Positions 29,912 through 43,890 of a stretch of 64,000 nucleotides of DNA are shown piece after piece. Source of the DNA: Priapulus caudatus (taxonomy: Eukaryota). Under the pieces are notes generated by a model. It was not told the DNA's origin. It saw only the letters and a list, made by a program, of their open reading frames with translations, and did no database searches. Where the stretch lies: NCBI RefSeq assembly GCF_000485595.1, contig NW_014577085.1:433963-497962 (forward strand), given 5' to 3'. The position numbers and the translations under genes are program-made. Positions within the stretch are counted from its first letter, which is position 1. Every line of letters starts with the position of its first letter.

Positions 29912-32900
29912 GTAAAAATCGCACACGAACGCCCATGTAGATAAAAAAAAAAATTCAAATTGTAGGTTAAGGGTGTTTAAAGTTTAATTAACAAGCTTTC
30001 GAGATGTACATCTCTTCATCAGGTTTTCAGCGGACATAAGAATCAAACCTTTGACGATTCTTGAAGGTTCGATTCTTATGTCATCTCGAAAGCTTGTTAA
30101 TTAAATTTTAAACACCCTTAACCTATCATTTGAATTTGTTTTTTTATATATATATATTATAATTATTTATACTATGTATGCACTTACCCATTGTTTGCTT
30201 CTTGACATTCGTTCGTCAAGGTCGGCCAAGCTGCTGCTCGCTTCCTTGGTGAAGGATGACATCACAGGAACGAACTTGTCTCGTTTCGCTATGTTCTTAT
30301 CTTCTTTGCCTTCGCATTTGTGAAAGTGAACCTCCTAAAACGTAAATACACTTAACGTACTACAAATTAAACAATTAAAAAAACCAAATTAACAAAATTA
30401 ACATGATGGCAATTAAAACTAGGAAGCAGGCTGTATTTATCCCTTCAATGAAAATGGCTGGCTTTTCCTAACACTAATAGCAAAACCATTATTTACTACC
30501 GTAAATCAAATCTTTCATTCTTGCCACCCAGACCGCCTTTAAAAGTCATGAGTATGGCAACGCGTACCTCATCTAAGTCCTTGAGTCCACTTTGTAGAAC
30601 TGACAACTCCTTTTCAAGTTCTGCCAAACTGTAAAATGAAATTTTATTTCTTTCAAACGTGATCCATTATGTTCTGTTTAACAGTGCTGTTTACGTCTGA
30701 CAGTGCTATTTATGTGTGTGCGTGCGTGCGGACGTGAGTGCGTGCGGGCGTGCGGACGTGTCGCGTGCGGCCGTGCGTGCGGGCGTGCGTGCGGGCGGGC
30801 GTGTCGGCGGCTGCGTGACGGTACGCGTGCGGGCGGTGTGCGTGCGTGCGTTGTCGGCGTGGCGGCCGTGCGTGCGGGCGTAACGTGTCGGCAGATGCGG
30901 GTGGCGCGTGCAGGCGGCGAGTCAGCGTGCGTGGTGCGCAAGCGGGAACGGGGTGCGTGCGGGCGTGAGGCGTGCGAGCGTGAGTGCGTGCGGAGCGTGC
31001 GTGCGTGGCGGGCGTGCGTGCGTGTCGGCGTGCCGGCCGTGCGTGCGGGCGGGGCGTGTCGGCGTGCGTGCGTCTTGTCCGGCGTGCGTGCGTGTCGGCG
31101 TGGTCGTGCGTGCGCTGCGTGCGGGCGTGCCGTGCGGTGTGCGTGCGGCGTGCGTGCCGTGTCGCAGTGCGCCGTGCGTGCGTATGTCGGCGTGCGGACA
31201 TGAGTGCGTCGGCAGTGCGACACTCCACAGTGTGCGCGGAGTTAGTTGCGTGCGGGCGTGCGTGCGCTGCGTGCGTGCGTGCGGTGGGCTGGCGGTACCC
31301 CTTTTTTTTTTTTTTTTTTTATTTTTTTTTTTCTTTTTTTTTTTCTTCAACGCACCGTCGAGACCTTGGGCGGGCGGCGGGGCGGCTCCGGGCGGGCGGG
31401 CGGAACGTGGGGCGTGCGGACGTGCGTGCGGGCTACGTGTCGCGGTGCGTGGTGCCGCGGTGCGTGTCGGGCTGAGCGGAGCGATGCGTGGTGCGGCGGG
31501 CGTGGCGTGCGGGCCAAACGTGGCGTGCGTGATCTGTGACCTTTCAGTGGTATTCATGCTGGCAGTCAATGACGCTACTATGAATTGTTGCCACATATAT
31601 TTCCTATTATTACATGAAAACAGTAGAGACCTAAGTACTACAGATGATGATTAAATTGATTATATTGTTTTTGGCGGGTGCTACTTACTTGACCTTTGCT
31701 GCGACGCTTACATGTTGCAGCTCTTCCAACACTTGCACCAAATCAGGAAACTGTACGAAAGAAAACATACTGTTAGGGTTGGGAGGTGAATTTCGGTCGA
31801 AATTTCAATACCCACTTCATTTGATAGATCGCAACCATGGGCAGCTATGTATACGTAGAAATTATGTATGTAGCCTCCCAAACAGTTCCAAATCCCCGCA
31901 TTTGTCAATTCTTAACACAGGCGTTCAATGATGGGAAATTTAGAAAAGTGCTGATATCTCGGTTGTTAAAAATGCTAAAAATGCTATGATTTTTCAAGCG
32001 CTATTTCTCGAAACTCGCAACTCCGATTCCAAAATTTTTTTTATGTTTCAATGCTAACATATCAAAGGAAAAAAGTCTCCCTAGATTTAAAAAAAAACAT
32101 TATATTTTATAAGTTAATGCTCTTTGTTTACGATATTGTTGCGTTTAGAAATTCACTACAAATTTGTGTGCATCTTTTCAACTTATTTCCAAAATTAAAG
32201 CATTTAAAAAAAATTCCAGGGACCATTTTTTAGTTCATATTATGAACAACTTATGGTTAAAAGTTTAGGTACCAACTCTGCTGTTTCTGAGAAATAGCAA
32301 AAAAAGCATGTTTTTGTATAAATTCAAAATTTTTGCCGTCAATTAATTAGCGATGAATTAATTTATTTTTATTTTAACGAGAGCGTAGAGAGACATCTCT
32401 CGTATGTAATGGATATGAGTTTGATTGAATTTGATGAATAGTTATGTTGCAATGCCATTTACAGTGTTACCGGTCCGTAACCCTAACAGTATCCTGGGTG
32501 CGACTAGAAATTCCAACTGCTACTAGAAATTGTGTTTATCGAGTATATACTCGTGGTCGTGGCACCCACCATACCTGGAACGAGGAACACTAACACTGCG
32601 TTCATTTTCGCGTCGTCGTCGTCTTTGCTAATTGAATGTATTAATAACGAAACTACAGGAATCTATATTATAACCGGTATATATGTATATTATAATTATA
32701 TATATATATATAACCGGTCAAGCAAATGCGCCTTTCCGCTGACTGAATATATGAATACCTGCTGTTCCATCGTCTCTACCATGTAGTGCAAGAGGGTAAC
32801 GTTCTTGTCCAGGCTCGACTTTGTGTCTACCATCCTGTTTAGACTAGAGATTTTAAAGCCGACGGCGTTGCCTCGCTGCCCGCGGTTCATGAAGTTGCCA

Positions 32901-35900
32901 AACGCTAGAACCAGCTCCAGTATTCTCCTCAGCCGCTTGCTTCTGTACACCTCCTTAGACACTTGCCGTACCCCTGTCAAAATAACTGCTGTTGTTACAA
33001 CTATTTTTGCATCACCATTACTTTTTGTATAAAAAGCTATATTTGACGTTCTTGCGGCCTGTAAAAGCGCAACAGTTGATGTTTTAGTTGTTAAGTTGAA
33101 GTTTCGGTTAATTAAGGATTAATTGTTGCGTGAAACGTGATTTGTATTAACGAAATCTTGTGGTATTAGCGAAATATTTGGTGTCTGGGTTTAATCATAC
33201 ATAAAGTGACATATTCATGATCAGTGATGGTGAACTTTGTTCTCACCATCAAGCTTCGGCCGTATGTCGCTAACTCTTTCAGCAAACTTCTTTCTGTAGC
33301 AGAGCGCCTTAAGCCTGTCTTCATAGTGCACGATATGGCTCATATCATAGAGGAAGCTATCGGCTCTCGCCATGCTCTCTAGCTCATGACTTTGTTCGTC
33401 TAACATAGCCACCTCTTCAGATGTTGGCACAAATTTCAACATCTAGAACATACAAGCACCCATTAGCCATGATTAACAATGAATTCGTGAAGTTTATGAT
33501 TATCTCGAGAAGAGAGAAAAACGAAGTGACCGACTTCAATGGCCGCCTCCTGTCTTGTATTTAAGGTGAAAATGACGTCGGTGTGATAGATTTAATGATC
33601 ATGCAACAATAAATTTCACAAAGCTGCGCAATACTAAGCGGCGGAGGGAGACGAGTCAAAATTTACTCGCTCAAGTCACGACAAGCTACGACCGAAAGAG
33701 ATGACCGCGCCAGCTATTTCACCTGTTCGCACAGATCTTTGGATATTAGATCGTCCCTGTCCATGTCCATTATGACTGCTGTGACCTCGGGGTTTGTCAT
33801 GCGTAGCTTGGACAGCATAATCGTGCAGTTTTGCGCCCTTCGTCCGTCTATCACCGACAACTCCTTAGATCTCCTTATGGGCGATTTACAGTCATCTGAC
33901 GTGCTATCATGCTATCCGGAATACAAGCAGCAAATTGTTACGAGTATAATGAAATGTTAGTAAATATCACAAAACCTATTTAATACTCTATATTACAGAT
34001 ACGTCCGTACTGTAACTATTACCCGTTGATATGCAGAGAAGTTCCTCTCGAATTCTACTAGATTAAGATTACTGTAGAGTTTCTCTTCGTTTATTTCTGT
34101 CCACACGGTTCCCTTCACTTGTGTCTGCAACAAACGGCAAGACATTCACTAAACTGTACTGCTGATGGTTTACAATGCGAAATAGCTTTGACTTTTATTA
34201 TAGTGCGTGCGAAATCGCGTTCTTTTAACTTCTTAAAAAATTATAGTGAGTAAAGCAATTAAAAATACGTTGAATCTTGCGAGAGAAAGCTCGAATAGTC
34301 AAGTGAAATGATAACAAGCAATGTTTCGTATGATTTGTTAATGTATAACGCTACAGAATACCTCGTTAATGTATAATGCGGGAATACCTCGTGTAGCTTT
34401 GACCAGTTGAATGACTTCAGCGGAGTGTTCGGCGTCGGTATGTTTTTCTTTTTAGCAGCTGCCGTCTGCGTTTGCTGCTCTTCTATCTTTAACAGTTCGG
34501 GTGAAGATCCTGCTAACAGCATCAATGTGGTTACACACGTTATGATAAATTCATATTGAAACCAACAAATATGCGCTTAACTTGTTCAAATAGCATGTAA
34601 CAATGTTGCACTAATACAAAGTGTCACTTCCACTATGTAGGCCTATAGCTCGCTTACTATTTCACGCTGGATAAATGTTGTATATTGTTGCTCGTAAAAA
34701 TGGATGGCGGTACTCATTGTGTTGCTAGTTTAGGTAAACGCCATTGTTTAAATGTTACGTACTATATGATTGATTAATAAAAGATTCATCAGTTACACTA
34801 TATGTTATAGCATTACATTAAATATCTTTAGGGTATGCATTTCGGTATATATTACGTCTCTTAACTACCGAAAGTGCAAAGTTGTCGCTTCCACACCACT
34901 AATCTGGGGATAGGACGTGATCCTTACCTGGGGTTTGCATGAGTCGTGACGCTGATGGGGGCCGTGGTGGCGGTGGTGGTGGTGGTGGACCAGGGGGAGG
35001 AGGAGGAGGAGGGGGTGGTGGTGCAGTTGGGGGAGGAGGTGAGGGCGGCGGTGCTTGGATCGGAGGTGGGGTGTGTGTGATGTCAGCAAGAGGGGGTTCT
35101 GGCGCCGCCTACAAAAATTAAAACCAAAAACCAAATTAATTAGTAGTCTCAGAAAAGAAGTCGTAATACGTGGTATATATAACGTATGTGGTTACTATTA
35201 TGTGAATTTTTCACTGTATATATATTATACACGCACATACATCTGTCGCCTATACTCACCACCATTGCTTGTGATCTGCTTATAAATGAATTCGCTTCCG
35301 AAAGTTTCTGTCTACTCGCCATGTGGTCAAGTGTTTCTCTGTCTAATAGAGCCTTCACTAAATCCAATGATTGACAGAGTGATTCCTGCAACAGTACGCA
35401 TGTACGGAGATGTATACGAGTAAAATCCTCAGCGTCAGAAATGAGTTCCCGCTATATATTTGTCATTGCCCGAAAATATGTCAGCGAGATTTATGCATGT
35501 CCTTTCGATGTGTTAATTATGATGAACTCCTGATCAGCAATAACCTGTTGGAAGTTAACACTAGAGAGAAAAATATACACTGATTCAGCAAACAGTCTAT
35601 AGAGTAGCGAAGCTGTGGTTGACATCATTGATAAATTAGTTAATAAAGAACATCATTGCGTTGTAGATGTAAGTAGTCTCAAAGCAGTTATACCTTCTCT
35701 ATCGAGAATTCCTCTAGTTGCTGTTGCTTGCATCTAAGTTCTGTCGAGAGTTCCGTGTTCTGCCGCTGAAATCCTTCTATTTGGTGGCTGTTGCCAGTTA
35801 CCTTCTCTTCGACATCCATTCTGCATCGAACAGACAAAAAACGACGGAATAAAAACTGCAATTACGAAGACTATTAATGAACAATCGCCCTGCGCCATAT

Positions 35901-35974
35901 CTTCCGCTTGCGCATCGTAATCTTCAATTGACTATACTGGTCTACTCTATTCATTCCTATCAATTTATTTTCGC

Positions 35975-36022
<48 letters not shown>

Positions 36023-39000
36023 NNNNNNNNNNGCTCTCTCTCGCTCTCTCTCGCTCTCTCTCGCTCTCTCTCTCTCTCTCTCCCTCTCTCTCTCCCTTTC
36101 TCTCACTCTCGCTCTCGCGGTCTCTCTCCCTCCCTATCTCTTGCTCTCGCTCTTCAATGCGTGACTCTGTAATGTTGCTTACATGTGCAATGTCTTGTCC
36201 ATGTCATCTATGTCAGATGTTGTCATCTGATGCGATTGAAGGACGATTTGCTGAACCAGGCGATCGATCAGTTGCCATCGGTACGGAGAACAGTTTGAGT
36301 CTACTGCAACCATCAAATTGTGATCCGTGTGATTGTCCGTCATATCGTAGAACGCATTTAATGCCGTAATTTATTCATTATAATTAGGTACGACAATTGT
36401 CGGATAATCTTATGCAAACATTGTTTTTTATAAATAACGTTTAAGAAAGACAGCGATTTGTTTATATGAATGTTCAACTGAGTTTAGCATTACAGTGATG
36501 TATTTTGTAAACCGTTCTTCTATCGGGGATAAAGGAATCAGAATAGCAAACTAAATGTTGCTCTTAGTAAGTATACAATGTGAATAGCACTCGAATAAAT
36601 CTCTTCATGTATTCAGATAAAAATATAACAATCCACATATTCTATTACTAATTTTAAACAGCACGCGATGGATAAATCGAAATTATCAGTTGCACGTCAA
36701 TATCACAAACACTTCACGTTCTCTCGGATGGTTTACAGTAATCGCCATACTTGTACACCATCACGGACACAATTACATGTGAGCTTACATTTCAAGTGGT
36801 TTTGCCCTAGACGTCTGAAAATATATAGTTATTATTGCGTTTTTGATCACTACCTGTTTCATTCAGTAGCGACTAGAAAAGTGTGAATGTAAACGTGCAA
36901 CTGGAATTATTACGCTGTGCTCACGTACGCGGCATGAGGAGGAAATGTTGGAGAACAGAGAGGAAGATCGGGTAAGCAGCTGTGTGCGACAGCTTGCGAC
37001 GCAGGCCATCAAAGATCGAGGTAGCGCTGAGGCTGTCAATCTGAACGTCCTCGAACCGCCTCGCCATCTCTCTCTCGTCCTCGCGTCGCACCATTTCGAA
37101 GAACGAAACGTGTCTGGAACACGAAAATCCGCAATACGCAAATTATAATAATGTTGAAAATATTCTGGTTACTAACAATACACATACTACGATGCACATT
37201 ATATTGTTAGAATGTGTTCAATATCACACAGTGTATTGTTGAAAGTTAGAGTAGTAGTTACCAGAATTATCTGTGGCTGCACATAGCACCTGGCGATCAC
37301 TCCTCGTTAGTGAGAGGTTATTCCTTTTAATCCTGATTCTAACTTTATATTAAGAAAAACTCTTTGCTACGAATAGTTTTTGCACATTTCTGATGTACGA
37401 ATTGGGTAAAAATATACTTTTGAATAGATCTTATTTAATTAAAGACACTTGTTGTTAGTTATGGATTGGACACTTCAACCCGCCATATATCTTGATCGTG
37501 CGGATCTATCTTGACTGTGTAATATTGTCAATATTTCAAAAATACACTGTGTGAAGTTGAACACCTTTTAACAAAATAATGTGTATTGTAATATGTGCAT
37601 TGTTAGTTACACGAATTATCTGAATAATGAGACAGGTAACAAGGATGTTCAGTTTCCTCAGGTAAATAGCGATAAGAATGTAATAACAATAGCAATATAC
37701 TAGCTGCGATGATGAGCAAATCAATCTAAATTTGGCGCTACGGCGACACGTTAGATATCTGGATTAGACCTGACTATTACATGCGATTTTACACTTGACA
37801 CAAAACTGGCGTACCTATCTAAAGCACCGTTTTCATGCCCTTGCAGTTTCTCTAGGATAGGATAAATTCCAACCATCAAAAACTCATATCGGAGATGAAC
37901 GCGATATTCCAGGCAATCCTGTGCAAAATAAATTGACGTGTGCAGAGTCGTAAATATGTCAAACGATGTCAATTTTTGTAATTTCATTGTGAAATTCGAT
38001 GTCACTTGACGATGTGAGCGTCCTACATGTGGTTTTTACATCGATGCAATTAAATCAGACAGTTCAACATTTTGGATTACACGTTAGTCAATTTTTTCAA
38101 CGCACGTCTTTTTGTGTGTGTGTTATATTTCAATATGAGAGGCATCTGTGTTTGTGGTATGTGTTTGCAGTTCGATAGGCTTATCGAATTTTCCTTTAGT
38201 GTTGTCCATACCCAGATACCCGTTCATTCCGTGCGCACGCGCATGTGCGTAGATTAATGTGACCGCGTGCGTGTATGTGCGCGCGTACATGCGCGCCTGC
38301 ACGTACACGAGCGAGCGCGGGCGTACACGCATTCGTGCAGAAACGCCCACACGCGCACGTACACGCTACGTACAACCGCTCCAAGAACGGTTATAATCTG
38401 AGCGATATGAATTTGGCACATGCGCAATCGCACACTTAAAAATCTCGTTTGCAGTATAAATGAGCATAATGTGCGCGGCCGTAAATTTTTCATTAAAAAT
38501 AGAGAATTAATTTTCATTCTTTGTTTCAATGCAATAATAAAACTTGACCAAATATTGTCATACTAATTACGCATTCGAAGTATTAGGTATATACGACCAT
38601 GTTCGATACATGCGATTACATTCAATATGCGATTATGTACAACATGCGGTTATAATAATTGTCATGTACGATCGGCTTGTATACCTTTCCAGGTCCATAG
38701 TTGATCGCTGCATTGACAAAGGACATTATCGCAGTCTTCAGGCTAACCTCTTCTTTATATACGCCCGTGGTTCGACCCAAATCGTGTACTAAACTCTAAA
38801 AAAATTAGTGCGAATTCCTCCGCTATTATAACAGTCAGATAGTTTATCACGCAACAACATTCTTCGCCTCTGCACGCTCAACGATCGTTAGAGATCGTTA
38901 GAAAGAATTAAAGATGGTTGCATGTATAAGAACATAACAAAACACGTTGTAGATTAGCACACGATCGACCGGTTCTGTATTAAAACAGGGCAAAAGAAAA

Positions 39001-39476
39001 AGTCCCAACAATGGATTTTCTTTACAATACTGCCTATCGCGTAACGCGATGGAAGTCATGTATATCACTAGAAAAACAGTAGCTTTCTGCGTTTGTTAGA
39101 CACGTTCGAGCCTGCCCCTTATGTTTTTCAATCAGAAGTGGAATCATTGGCGGGCCGTACTAATCATAGGATACTATACCTGGAAGCGCGCCCTCTCGCA
39201 GGCGTAGCCCTGGTAGTGGTACATGGCGTCAAGCACTCCTCTGTGACCGCCCGGCACGAGCAGCAACCCTCCCAGCATCTCCATGACTGCGATCTTCGTT
39301 CGCACACTCTCCGTGCTCAGACTCTGTGCGATGGTGTTGATGCATGCTGAATGCGCCAGTACATGTGCCCGCCCTTGCTGAAAATATTAGTAGAAAATCG
39401 TGGGGCGTTCAGTCTCTACTTCTGCGAGTGAGCTAGCTAGATTTTTATTGGCGATTACTTCCATCTCTCTCTTTCT

Positions 39477-39524
<48 letters not shown>

Positions 39525-39582
39525 NNNNNNNNNNGTTTACGTTTACGTTCGTTACGTTACGTCTTACTCTCTCTCTTCTTCT

Positions 39583-39660
<78 letters not shown>

Positions 39661-42600
39661 GCAGAGGCCAGGCGTATAATGTTGATAGATATCAGAGAGG
39701 CTTTAAGTGCGACATGACCAGGGCATAACTCGGTTCACGTTCCAAACGCCGGTATATTTGAAAAGCAGGTGGCGCCACTGGCGTGATAGTGTCCTACCGA
39801 GTTGTTCATGAGAGCCTTGATGCAGCCTATTACTGATGTGTGAATGCTGCTCTGACTCGTCTCGTAGTCCATGTTGCTGAGAAAGTTCAGCAGGCAGCTT
39901 AGGCCACCGAGCTGAAAGAATCTGAAATAGCATCGGCTTCCTTATTAGAGTTAATCGCAGTCGGTTTAGACTTTGTCGGTTTGCAATTTTATTGGACCCG
40001 ATTTGGACAATATCGATTACCATTGTCATCATTACCATGTTGACGATCGGGACAAGTATGGCATTGACGAAAGAGCAAGAAGCTCAATAATGATGAGCAG
40101 AGTATTGTTGCTGATGGAAATGACCGTGACCGTATTTACAGCAGCGAGAACGATGATGACAGTGGGCATGCAGGCCGCTGGTGGCTGAGTATATTATAAT
40201 ATTACTAGTATCATAATATCTTTATATTATTATGGCAAGATTAATGTAAAGAATAGGTCTCATACCTGATGACAAAACTCATTGGTTGTGTTCTGAGCGC
40301 TGTTTTCAAACTTTCCACGAGCTCCGTTCGTACCCGTATTTCTTGGGCGTCTTGTGGAAATAATAACTATTAAACAGAAACACGAATAACAATTAACATG
40401 AAAAAGGATAGAACATAAATTATCGTTCATATCTATATTCGAATTATTCTTTGTAAGCTGGTATTTCTATCGAACTGTAAAATACATAAACAGTGATAGC
40501 TTGTATAAGAAGCGGGAACTTAAAATATTAAATTAAAGGGTAGCTATTAAATCAGGCGAAGTTATGAGTGCATCGTAGCTATTAGCACACCCGTGTAACC
40601 CCGGACCTCCTAAGTCAAGTCACTCGGTAAATAAAACATGCTGTGATATAAGACATTGCCTGTGTCGAATACAATGCTTTACGTGTTATAAAAATCATAT
40701 ATTCTATATATATATATATTGATTTCGATAGACGTACCAGAGATAATGCACCAACTCTGTCGATGTAATAGTCTGGAAGGTTTCTCGAGTTCGTCTCATC
40801 TTGTTCCTATATCATGAACACACACACGCGCGATATTTATACTCACTATCTATTGTATTGTTATTACCGCAGACAATTTTATATCAATGGTTACCTTCTA
40901 ACGTATACACTATCAAACTACGCTAATATACAGAAACGCTTTCTTATAATGCCACGCAATCGTTTTATCATGCAGTAGTAATTAATTATCCTGTTAAGCA
41001 ATAACAAATTATCGACCCTTCAACCAAAAATAATAATCAAGCGGACGAGCCAACGAAGTGGAACAAACTAAGATTACCGTTCACTACCGTAACTTTGTAT
41101 ATTTCTACTTTGCAGCGGTTCCCAGTGCGGACCAGTTATCTGTCGTCAGTCATGTAATTTATGCATAATAATTCGACATTTTCTTCTGCGTGCAGATTCG
41201 GAAAATAGGCTGACGAACATTTGTATATCAGGCTAATTCATTCCCAAGTTCTTTACGCCTAAAGTTACGCATGTTTCTCCAAACAGCAAACAGTACCGAT
41301 GTTTACCTATCTGTGACCTTGGCCTCCCATTAGTTAAGTATATATGGAAAAGCACTCGGTCTACAAGCCAGCCCACGCACGGCAAGGTCTATTGTAGATT
41401 TACGACGTTAATAGGTCCTGGGTTAGGAGAAACACGCGCGGTGTATGTGGACAGGTTGCGACAATCAATTCCGGAGATTCAAAAATGCGTTCCAGCAGAA
41501 TGGTCAACATTTATTTAGCGACATTAAATATTTTAAGCCTAAAAGACGTCTTAATGCGAACATCGTTTAACTTTTTATATGACGTCTACAGTTATATAAC
41601 TAGACGGTTCACTGTAGCGCAGGCTTAATATTAGGCCTACACAAGTACTTCGAAACCCGAACCCGAACTTTACACACAAAGCAGGATTCCCTCCGGCGCA
41701 ATCCACAACTTGCGTTACGTCTTGCATTTGTTATGCACCTCAGACAGATCCACTCTATAGCTTATATAATTACGGACTCGCGTACAGTGATGTCCTATAG
41801 CGAAGCAGACACTAACGAATAATATGATAACCTTGAGGATCGTCGCATCAAGAGATTATCAATTAGAGATAATCGATAGTTGCGATGGGTTCACGTCGCG
41901 CAGAACTGCGCACACGTTCCATGAGATCACATGCGCGCGCCTTCGCTATAAGACGCATATGTTGCAACATACGAACAATCAGCGAAGTAATATACCTCTA
42001 ACTAAAATATTGGCTGAATGTTCCGGATACGAAGAAATAAATTACTGTATCAACGGCATACGGATAGTGGAACCCGAAATTAAACGTACTTTTCTTTTCG
42101 AACAGTAGATTTGCCATTTTTTCTCGATAGACAGATTTAACATGGCTTCCCGGTTTGGCGGTGCCAAGTCGAGCTCATCCTGCGCAAGAAACAAAATTAT
42201 AGCAATCAATTAGAAATACAGCTTCCTATTTTTACTGAGTACCCGTTAATTATAATAATTCAAGTATACATTTTTTAGAAATAGAGATGAGAGTAGAATG
42301 GAAGTGATGTGTTTTAATGATTAATTTTTGTTAACCGTCTGTGGTCGTGAGTTTGGATGTGATTTCGCGCGCACGCGTCGCTGGTAGTGCGCGTATGTTT
42401 CGAGTCGCAGTGCGCGTCGCCACGTCCAAGGCAATCACACATCACCGTCACCATACCAACGCAACTCGAGCGAGAGCATCTACGCACCACCAGTTCGGAA
42501 AATTTGCTGTTCAGCTCTTCCTCGTCCGGCATGCTCATGGTGGCGCTATCGGTCGTAGATTGGGTTTCTACGGAGCGCCGACTGCTGGCCGGGCTGCCCC

Positions 42601-42676
42601 AGGCGCGGGTGAGGGCGGGGGCATGGTAGCCACGCAAGCAGCACAGCACCCGTGCAAGGCCCGGACCGCGCGGCAT
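28916..42676 (-). CDS. DAAM: Dishevelled-associated activator of morphogenesis (DAAM) formin: GBD/FH3, FH1, FH2, DAD
   Basis: Phase-consistent exons: 42676-42488 ([15 protein letters not shown]...[15 protein letters not shown]), 42179-42090 ([23 protein letters not shown]), 40806-40738, 40366-40266 ([14 protein letters not shown]), 39921-39798 ([11 protein letters not shown]), 39377-39180 (QGRAHVLAH), 38795-38685, 37918-37815, 37113-36929, 36303-36183, 35820-35694, 35385-35260, 35108-34928 (poly-Pro FH1), 34509-34388 ([10 protein letters not shown]), 34124-34023, 33911-33723 ([20 protein letters not shown]), 33442-33247, 32973-32759 ([24 protein letters not shown]), 31750-31689, 30628-30568, 30334-30188, 29761-29591, 29215-28916 ([19 protein letters not shown]). 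Confidence 0.95.
29301..29537. repeat. (GA)n/(GAAA)n purine microsatellite in the last DAAM intron
   Basis: Direct inspection; similar (CT)n tracts surround the N gaps at 36023-36032 and 39525-39534. Confidence 0.9.
29909..30145. mobile_element. Penelope-type hairpin remnant with a minimal hammerhead core (minus strand, ~30023-29992)
   Basis: Minus: CCTGATGAAGAGATGTACATCTCGAAAGCTTG; ~60-bp inverted arms (29943-30005 / 30082-30145); embedded in (TA)n. Confidence 0.7.
30714..31531. repeat. Degenerate (GCGT)n low-complexity tract with an internal poly-T run in a DAAM intron
   Basis: GCGT/GCGG/GTCG motifs throughout; T-run at ~31302-31347. Confidence 0.9.
31770..32489. mobile_element. Non-autonomous DNA element with short TIRs and TA flanks
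   Basis: TA|CTGTTAGGGTT ... AACCCTAACAG|TA; internal inverted CTATTTCTC/GAGAAATAG motifs. Confidence 0.55.
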
Positions 42677-42749
42677 CTCCTCCAACGAATCTGCACGGAG
42701 AGAGAGAATGTCAGTGGTTGGCGTGTTAGTAAAACGTGGAGCATAATAT

Positions 42750-42789
42750 CAGGAGTTAATAAAGACAAATTTGTCTTTATTAACTCCTG
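42750..42789. mobile_element. 40-bp perfect-palindrome micro-MITE with 7-bp TSD
   Basis: ATAATAT|CAGGAGTTAATAAAGACAAATTTGTCTTTATTAACTCCTG|ATAATAT. Confidence 0.85.
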
Positions 42790-43636
42790 ATAATATGTGT
42801 TACTTGCGCAGTGATCCTCGTGAATACTCCTTTATACAATATATAATTGCGTATTGTTTGGTCATAATCATAATCACGACCATGTATTCGTTCGGAATGC
42901 CTCACTATTTTTCACAAAAAGGGCAAACGTGACTGCGCAGTGTTTTAACGCGCATCACACCTCGCGAAAAACCTCTCCCACTGTAGCAAGGCATTTCCTC
43001 AGTACACACATTGCCAGATTTCTGCAGGCGCATGAAGTTTTATTAGCGCTTACTAAGTCAGCGGTGCAGTTCTCTCACGAACTCGCGGTAGTGAGCTGCG
43101 CATTTCTACACATCCTGCGGTCGTACCGCACGTACGTTGTCCCTTCGAACTAATATCATATATGTTGTACGTGTTTTCGTGCTCGTTACGCGAGCTCATG
43201 CGTGTGCAACGCCCCTTTTTTCGTCGTGTCCGTGTTCCGGTAATAAAACGCCCTCTATATGGGAGCCTATAAAATTCGCATCTTGCGACTATAAGCGTAC
43301 TGGTCTTGGGTCTTGTCTCATGCCCCGCCGCGGTCACGAGCAATTAAGGACAGTGTCCGATTTCGCAGGATGGTAAGATTGCATAAGGGTTTTAAGATTT
43401 AAGAGTTAGAAGAGAGTTAAAGGAGTTAACGAGACGCGCACGTTATACGAGTGTAAAAGCAGTAACATAACGCGTTTCTTACATGCGGTGTAGGCCTTGT
43501 TATCGCGAGGCTCGCTAGCGCAGACAGCTATAGCCCAAGGGAGTGCGTCAATGTACTCTTTCTCTTCTCTCCTGTACGTGAGCGTCATTAAATACACTAA
43601 ATTCCACCGATGGCTCAATAATGGCTGTCACATTAC

Positions 43637-43890
43637 CAGTGGCGCCCGCAGATAGAAGCACTGGAAGCACAGTGCTTCCAGTAAATTTTGGGTTAAAAAA
43701 TTTTGTTTCTACATTTTGCTCCTAAATCTCTCTCGCAAGACTCACCAGACGTCTACCATTCAAAAAGTTTCAGGGGGGGCATGCCCCCAGACCCCCTAGC
43801 ATGCAGCGCGCCTGCTTTTTATTACTTTATTATCATTGAGGATTTTATCCTTCTGTGCTTCTACTTTCTTAAGACATGTGGGCGCCAGTG
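43637..43890. mobile_element. hAT-type MITE with perfect 8-bp TSD
   Basis: CACATTAC|CAGTGGCGCCC...GGGCGCCAGTG|CACATTAC. Confidence 0.88.

Noticed and set aside
30678..31654. Many overlapping Arg/Ala/Cys-rich ORFs
   Set aside because: Stop-free translations of a GCGT simple repeat within a DAAM intron.
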